This document shows, piece by piece, positions 9,871-18,800 of a stretch of 64,000 nt of DNA. Under the pieces are notes generated by a model. The model saw only the letters and a list, made by a program, of their open reading frames with translations, searched no databases and was not told the origin of the DNA. This DNA comes from a virus. Position numbers and translations under genes: made by a program. Location of the stretch: positions 1-64,000 of IMG/VR virus record IMGVR_UViG_3300034377_000007; one strand, written 5' to 3'. Position 1 is the stretch's first letter. Every line of letters starts with the position of its first letter.

Positions 9871-12800
9871 TTACTGATTTGCTCTCAATTCCTGCCGCCT
9901 GCGCTTCCTATCCTGAATCTTAGCTGCTCGTGCTCTCTTGATCTCCGCTCTCTCGGGATTGGCGGCGGCATCCAAAGCCTTACGGTCTTTCTCTTCCTGG
10001 CGCGCTTCCTTTTGCTCAAGGATGGGTTTAAGAGAGAGCTGCTCTGCCGGAGTAGCCAGACTGTAGACATGCCGCGCATCTTCGAGAGAAAGTAGTCGAA
10101 ACTTTTCTTGCAGATAGGTCTGACTTCTGGCTTTGATGATCGTCTCGCCCCTGTTCTCGTTGATGACGCCCGAGGCGACAAGAGGTATGACTTCACGAGA
10201 AACGTCCTCGCCACGCCGGGAGCGGGTTTTCAGTTCGTCAAGTTTGCGTAAAGTCTCCTGGTCGGGCTTCTTACTGGTCGCACGTTCCCCTTTGTAGACG
10301 AACCTCATTGCAAGCTTCTCCGCTCTGGTTTTCGGCTCGTCCGCTCGATCAGGATAGACGTTGGCGCTGAGTCCGACGGCTTCCGCTCCGGCCTGTGCAG
10401 CACCATAAGCAAAGCCCTCTTTTCTCCCGGTCTGGAAGAAGTTCTGATAAGTAATCGGAGTCAGCCTCGTGCCGATGGCCCCGTCTATTCCGTAATCTCC
10501 GAACCATGTGAAAGGCCGGCGGTCAAAGGTCTCCCCCGTGGCCGCTTCGATCATGAGGGAGGCGCGCGGGTCTGCGCCCGAGTGGAGCCAGCGGCCCATG
10601 ATGGAATCCGCCCCTTCGCCGATTACCTTATCAAAGGCCATCTGCCCTGTGACCTGTCCCGTCAATCCACGGTAAGCCTCCATCATCAGGCGGAGGACGG
10701 TTCTGGCATGTGTGGCGTTACCGGCTGAAAGATCAATACGAATCTTCCCGTATTTGAATTTCATCCAATCATCGTCGTCGGGGTCGAACAGGCTGATCAG
10801 CGCCTCGTTAGTAATCCACCCCAAAGTAGCTAGGGCTCCGAAAGTCGCAGCCATTGTCCCCCACCACCTTGCGGTATTCTTGTAGACGATTCTTCTGGCT
10901 TCGGGCGGCGCGTGCCAGAAGGAAGGGTTGAGAGGCAAGGTCAGGAATTGGAGACGAGAGACACGATACCGAGGCGCGAAGCCTATCATCCGTCCGAGTG
11001 CTAAATAAGCTTTCGTCGCTGCCGTGTTGTGGTCTCCGATGTCTGCCCTACCCGTGACGATGTTGATGAAACGTCCTACGTCCTTGTAGGCACGCGGGTT
11101 GTCTTTGTAGCCGACGCCTTTCGCTCTCAGCTCATCAATCCAGAGTTTTCCGAGTGCATGGCGGAGATGGTCTAAACCTCCGCCGAAGACCTGATCGGAC
11201 TTGCGCACGAACGTACCCAAGGTCTGCTTGATGATTGGAATTCTCTGTAGAACGTCGGCGTCCTCAAAGAACTCTTCGCCTTTATTCCCTCCGGCAAAAG
11301 AGAAATCTATGCCCATCCTCTGCATGAGCGGAAAGTCCGGGTCTTGCTCTATAACATCTATGTTTCGAGCAAACCCCGCGTCCCGGATGCTCGAAGTGGT
11401 GGCTTTGACGAACGCCGGGAATAGTTGAGGCTGCATGACTGAGGGGACGCCGCCCTGACGGAGCAAGTTCGAGACCTCGCCGGATGCCATCAAAGAGATT
11501 GGGATGCCTTTCGATGCGCGCCATGCTGTGCCGACGATACGTTGCGCAGGACTCTTTTTGAGGGCGTCCAACTCTCTCGCTACCCGCCTCCCGGCTTCCT
11601 GCCTGGCACGACGGGCTTCCTGTAGGGAAGCCAGAGCCTGGTCGCGCTCCGTCTCGGTTGAAGCCACATGCTTTTTAAGGGCTGCGGCCATCTCTCGGGA
11701 TGCGGTGACCTCTGCGCGGGCACGCTCTAAGACCTCCCCGCCGGACATGAAGGCCGTACGGGCTTCTGTAGCGGTCAATCCATGATCCGCCATCATCTCG
11801 GAGACGAGATGGCCGGGTGAGAGTCCGCGAGAGAGTTTGGTGGCCGCAATCGCATCTATGTGAGTCAAGGCGTTACGAGCAATAGCCCGGTCAAGCGCCG
11901 TTGGCTTCGGCGGGCCACTCTTCACGCCTTCTGAAAGCAGTGGGCCGGGCCTGCGCTTGAGGTCTTCACCAAGACGTGGACCTTCCTTTTTGCCCGTGGC
12001 ATCGGAGAGACGTGGGCCATACTTAGGGCCAAGCTTCGCGCGCAGTCCGGCGATTCTTCCCGGCTTCGGCCCCTTCTCAAACTCTCTTGCGGCCTTTTCA
12101 TGCTCAGCCTGTACGGCTGCGAGGCGCTTGCGCTCTTCTCTCTCTTCCCGGTAAATGTCCTCTAATTCATCGCGGCTCAGTTCTTCGTTGCCGGGGCGCT
12201 CCGATATTCTCCGGATAGCACGATCATGACGTGCCTGCCGAATGGTCTGGCGAGCGAGTTTCACCGATTTGGCGTGGATGCGGTCAAGGTCTGATGAGAT
12301 ACCGCGCCCGAAGTCCGAAAGCATGACTCTCTTCCATGCCGAGACGGAGAGGCGGCCCCTCTCTGCACGAAGGAGTTTTAATGCTCCGAGTTTGGCGAGA
12401 TTGTCTATAGTATCTTCGTCGAGAGGGCGGACGGACTCTTCCACCTGTGCCATCTTGAGAAGATGTGAGGAATTGGATTGCGCCGCACTTGTCGGCGCAT
12501 CACTCGGTTTTGAGCCTTCTGCAAATACTACGTTGGTTGGGTCAAATACAACGACATGGCTACCCCGCTCTTTTAGATGCTTACCAAGTTCTTTTGTGGG
12601 GTTGTAAATAACGCCGTCATAGCCGAGATTACGAAGGACTTTTTGGAGTTCCGCCGCGCCCCTCCAAGGTTTGAAACCCGCTCGAACGGCATACTCCACA
12701 GCCTGACCGGACAAAGGCTTTGAGGTATCCGCTTCGATGTGGCCCAAGTTACGTTCAATGTTTGACAATAAGTAGCTGTCACTCCCAACTGCGCGCTTCA

Positions 12801-15800
12801 AATCCTCTAAAGTGACCGTTGAGATATCTGGTCTAAATGGGTTTTCTAGGTTGGCAAATAATTTTAATACCCGCGCGCCCTCCTTCGACACATTTCTATC
12901 TGGATGATCTGTTGCATATTTAGAAGCATCCTTTTCACTGGTCGTCAGATAGACGGCGCGACCGTAAGAGGCTTCGGGGTCGGCCTTGGTCAAATCAAAC
13001 GCCTCTACCGCTCCCGTTGTTCCATGATAGAGCGTCACCGGGTTGCCACGTCTGTCCGTCAACTTTGTGTTGGGGTAAGCACGCTTGAACCGTGAGACTG
13101 CGTCTTCAATTTCCAGGCGGCCTGATGTCCCTGTTTGCCCTTCCGCCTCTTTTCCAGACATCAGTTCGGGCTGACGTTCGGACATGGGCGGCATTTTATC
13201 ACGACGCGCCATCTTGAGCGGCACGTCTCCCAGACCCAGAGACGCGCGCACGCTCGCCATCAAATCGGCCTCGTCAACAGCCAACAATTCAACGGCTTTA
13301 CGTTTGACGGAAATCCCGGAGCGCGGCTTCCTCGCCCTTTCAGGCAACAAGCCTTCGAGTTCTTTAAGACGATCTTCCCGGCGTTTCTCTTTATCACGAA
13401 GAGAGGCGAGGCGCTTCCTCAGAGTGTCAATCTCCGCCATCGTGAGAGCACCCTCTTCGGCCCATCCTATGAGTTTTCTTGACTGTTCTACTTCTGCGCG
13501 GGCTCCGCTCGCTTCCGCTCCCGCGACTGCCAGAACGGCAGAAGCGGATTCTAATTCTTCGCCCGCACGGTGAATTCGTGCAGCCTCTTTCTCCGATAGC
13601 TCTCTTCCTCTTTCACGCGCGACTCTGGCAGCCGTAGCCATCACGTCTTCTACGGAGTTATCTGCAATTTGGGCAGCCTGAATAGCCTGTCCTGCTTTGG
13701 TGAAGGCTGCGGCTAAAGTAGAGGCGAGGGCTTCCGCTCTGGCTCGTAGGGCGGAAGCTTCCTCGGCGTCTATCGTCGCAAACGCTTCGCTGAGCAACGC
13801 CCTTTGCATCATCTTGGACAATGCGATGTGCTCTGCTCCGAGCGCCTGGCCTGATTTTAGAAGGGATTCTGCGGCGTCAAAGCCTATTTGCTCAAGGAGA
13901 CGCTTACCGTCAAGAAGAGCGGCTTTGTTGGGATAGACTTCGTAGAGTTCGTCGGCGGCGCGAAGTCCCTGCGTGCGTAAGGTGGATGGAAGTGCGCGCG
14001 CTCTTACTTCCCGCGCTTCGCCTTCTGCTCCTGAAGGAACTTCTTTATCTCTTCCCTGCGTTCCGCCTCCGGGAGATTCTGCAACCCTTCTGCCAGCTTG
14101 ATCGCTTTCCCTAAGTGCCGACGATTCCCCGTCGGCTTGGGAGCTATTATAAGCCCTCTTCGCGTTTTCAATGGCTTGTCTGACATGGCTCTCCTGTCTC
14201 TTGAATTCACTGAAAGCATTAGGCCCGTTGCGCTCTATGAATGAACGCGTCCAGAGTTCGAGATAATTGGCGGCCTCTTCATCCGAGAGGCCGAGTTTAG
14301 CATAATCTCCCCCGGCTATCGTGGCCGCAGTCTCCTCAATAGCCAATCCACGAGAAGCATTCATGTACTCGCGGGTTGAGCTGTAGTAGTTTCGCCACGC
14401 GGAGACTGCCGGGTGCGATTCCAATTCTTCAATCTTCGTATGACGATCTTCGAGGACTCTTCCTTCCGCCCCGAGGTAGCTTCCGGCGTGGAACGATTCG
14501 TGTGGCTCCGCTGCTGCGGGAGCGTCTTTGAATTTAATAACCGCTGTGCCTTTTCCCTCTCGGGCGGCGTCAAGAAGATTCCCGGCAAGATCGTTTAAAG
14601 GTTTGACATCATCACTCGACCAACCCATCTCAGGGTCGCGCATGTCCCTGGCTGTTCCCTGCAAGGTCTTAACGATCATTCGCACCTGGGACGGCTCAAG
14701 GAATAGTCCGTCAAGGGTTGGAGCGTCTTCGAGGTCTTGAACTTTAGAGACCAGAGCGCGGCGTATGACTTCTCCACCTTCGGCGTTGACGGTGACGATG
14801 TTTTCTTCGCGTGCAGAAGAGGCTGACGGGATGAAGTCGGAGGCGTGTTCAATAGTGCGGAGGCGGCTTTGCTCAACGCTCGCCATCTTGAGAATGTTTG
14901 GGTCGGACAGCGAGAATGTGCCACGGTTGCCTGTGGCTGATTTGATCTGGTCAGGATGCAAGACCATCACACGGTCGCTATCAGCACTATAAACACCATC
15001 ATAGCCTTCGCTGATTAGCCTGCCCCTGATGGCGTCCTGCCATGTCTCGCCACTTTTTAGTGAGTAATTTCGGTATAGGTCTGCTTCTATGCGGTCAAGT
15101 GCCGTGGGCGTTATTGGTTTTTCAATCCTAACGAACACTGGCATGATAGTGCCATCGTTAGGCCGTCCAACCGCGCGAGCGTAATCGTTTCCAAGGGCAT
15201 ATTCTGCGGCCTTATCAGGATTCTTGGATAGGTATATGCCCTTACCCCAAGAGCCAGAATCAGTCTGCCCGAATTTAGATAAATCAAACTCAGTGAAATC
15301 AGCAAGCGTGCCGTGATAAACGACGAGCGGCCTGCCCTGCCCGTCAACTACCTTTGAGCCAGCAAACCACCGCTTAAATTCTGGGGTGTCCGTGATCTTC
15401 TTTATTGCTGCCTGTGCCATCTTGAGCGGGCCATCACCAAATAGACCGTTCAACTCGTTGGCAATTTCCTGTGTGCCAGGCTGTTCGATCAATCCACTTG
15501 GCAGCTTTCCTGTTCGATCAATCTCAGCAAGTAGTCTCTCTTGCTCAGAGGTCAAATCCTTTTCACCGACGAGCATCGGCTGGTTGACGTAATCGGAAAC
15601 AGGAGTGCTTGAGCGGTCAAGCTCCGCGAGCTTTGAGGGGGCGGGGAGGGTGTCGGCGAGCACCTCAGTATCAACGCGGTCAGCCGACTTGACGACCTGC
15701 GAAGCGAGGCGGCGTACGCGCGGTGGGACATCATCTTCCTGCAATCCCGCAAGGGTTGCGACGTTGTCCTTCCCCAGCGAGCGCTCTAGTTCCTTCTCTT

Positions 15801-18800
15801 TATAATAACGCTCGGCGTATTCTCTTTCCTCTCTGGTGGTGTTAGGTGGCGGCTCGAATCTCTCGACAGGGCGCGCGCCGCCTTCGGCAAACAAACCGCT
15901 CTCAGCTTCACGGAAGCCTAAGCCTCCCTGTTCGGGTTGGTAGTAGTCGGAGAGTTTACGGGATGATTGAGGCGCGCCGTTCTCGCCGAAGTCGAAGCTT
16001 GTATCCGCTTCCCCCTCCGGCTCCGTCTCGTCTATTACTTCTTCTGCAAATATTGCTGGTTCGCTTTGCGGAAGAAGAGCATCTGATGAGGCTTCATCCT
16101 GAGACGCGAGGCGAGCGAGCGCAATTTCTCTAAGCGAGCGGAGTGTGATGCCGATGAGTTCTTCGTCGAGTCCATAAGTTGCACCTATTGTAACAAGGTC
16201 ATCGTAGATTTGGGAAGATATTTCGCCCGTCCGTTCGATCTCCGCGAGCATCTCCGCAGCGTCTTTGTCCTGCATGAAACGCGCTTCACGCTCAAGCAGT
16301 TTTTCCTCTTCGGCTGAGACCTCGCCTAAAGCTGCTATCTCTTCAAAGATGGGGTTCTCTGTCGAGAGGTGGCTTGCTATGCCGCGCGCGTCGTTCTCTA
16401 CGGCTTCAAGGAATTTATCAGGGTCAACGTAGCCGTACTCAGCATCGGTCACGATGTCGGGGATGTCTCGTAGATACCCGGCATCATAAGCAGCCTGCGC
16501 CATCTGCTCGACGGTGAAGCGAGAATTTTTATTGACGAGGAATGGCTTGCCGAGTTCCTTCTGTGACAGACGTTTTAATTCTTCACCTTCGCCCTTGACG
16601 CCGCCAGATAATTGAACGAAGCGCCTGAGCGAATGCTTTTTAGGGTCGGGGGCTTGACGCTGGCGCGGCTTGCGGTTGGCAGCCTTATCAATCTTGGCCT
16701 GCCGTTTCCGCTCCGCTCTTGTTTGCCGGGAAGCGGTCAGAGGCTTCAAAGCTTGGGGTACTTCAATCGCAGGATGTGCTAAATCACTTTTCGCTGTGGG
16801 GGTAGATACGGGTTGCTGAGATTGCAAGGCCGTTCTCTTAGTTGCGAGTTCAGCTATTTCCTTGTCAACCAAAGCCAGCGTGGTTTTGTATCTGTTCGGG
16901 CGCGGAGATTGAAGCTGGCGCGCAAACATACTTTGCAGGTCTTTCTTTTGCCGCCCTAACTGCACTTGTCGGCTATCGAGCTTTGACAACTCGCGCTCGG
17001 CCACCTCTGTCTGAATCTGCGCCTCTGGCTTTAAAAGTTCCTTTAACTCTCGTTCAATAGCAAACACCCGTAACAGCGTGTTTTGCTGGTGACGTTTCTG
17101 CCGTTCAGAGGTGCGCGCCCACTGGTCAGGCAGCACTAAAGAGGGGTCAATGTAGTGTAGCCCTTGATATTCATGAATCAGTTCAGAGGCACGTTGACGC
17201 TTCTCCACCGGCAAAGCGTTGAACGCTTCTGGTCGTACCACCGTCTGACGTACTACGGCACTCTTATCAAGCGTTGGCTCTTTTATTGCAGTGGTGGGTG
17301 TAGTCTCCGCATTCTGCGACGCTTGCACCTGATCTTCTTCAGCCTGTGGAGCATTGGACTCCTTCGGGGCAATCCTGAGCCCCTGGCGTGTGCGGACGGG
17401 AACCATGATGCGGTTTCCCTCGCCTCGTCCGTTGGACTGTTGAACGATGTGCTCCGTGCCTTGATCGTCGGTTACTCGTACGCGATTCTGTCCTACTCCT
17501 GATTGATTGGAGCTTTCGGTGACGAGGCCAAAGTCAGCATGTCGCCATTGACGTGGGGGTTGAGTCTCAGAGGCGGCGGGTAGACTATCTGCGCTCCGTT
17601 CTCGTCCATCACCCACGCGAAGAGTATTCCCCTCGGCTGTTGGGCGTAGGAGTTCTGTCTGTCCAGCCTGCGGCCCATCTCCTCTTGGTGCGCCTGCACT
17701 AACTTGGAAATCTCTTCGCACTCCGCTTGCGCCATCCGAGCTACGAGCTTTGCCGCCTCTGCTATCTGTTCCTGCGTTAGACTCTGATAGGCCATTTTCC
17801 TCTACTCTCCTTTGTGCTGCTTCCTGCGCTGACAGTAATTCCTGATTCGCGGTCTGCGGGAATTGCCGCCGGTCAACTTCGGCCTGTGCAATAGCATCTG
17901 CCTCTGTTGGCACAATCGAAGTAGACAGTTCTCGCCCTTCCGCATCTTCTGTTCTGAGAGCTGGCCCAACACTTGTGTCTGTTACAGGTGCAACTTTTCC
18001 GATTAAAGGCTCGAAGCCGTTTTGAGCAACATAGTCCTGAATAGACTTGATACTTGTGAGCCCCATCGCCCGCGCTTTCGTCCTCTTGACGAGCAAGAGC
18101 CCATCGGGGACGGGAACGCGTATGAAGCCGGTCGTGCCGCCCGGTTCAGGTGAAGATTTCGGATAGAAGACGGCGACGCGGGGGGAGTTCTCGTCTCTAG
18201 CGCTTTCAAGCTGCGCTTCAATGGTCTGAGACGACTCGGGCACGGGCGCGGCGTCCGTCTCCGATGGCTGCGGCAGCAACGCCTCTTCCGCGCCGTTCAC
18301 CCGCGCCTCCGACGCTCCCTCCGTGCCTCTGGCCGCCGCCGGAGCGTCCCCTTCGGCGCTCTGCGTCCCTTTCCAGACGTAGACGGGTTGACCGTGGCGC
18401 ACGTCGCGCACGTAGCCTTCCGGTATCTCTATGGAATAGGTATCAATGATGCGTGCGTCTAAAGTAGCCCGGCGCTTGATTCCGGCCTGTATCGCTTTTA
18501 ACGCTTCGGGCTGAATCGCGGGACGGGCAGATTCGTCAACGGCGATTCGATCAAGCTTGACGAGGCGGACATTTCCATCGTCGCCGCGAACGCGGGAGAA
18601 TCCCTCGGGGGCTTCACCTTCCGCCCGTAACCTTTGCCCGTCTTCGGGCGTCAGTTCTTCGACCGTGCCGCCCCTGACCGTGCCCTGTGTATCGGTGAAG
18701 GTGACGGGCTGCGCAGGTTTCGGCTGCCGAACCGTTGAAGGTTGAGCATTCTCAGCCTGCCCTTCGACGCTGGTGGCGGGCGCTATCTGGTCAGGCAAGG

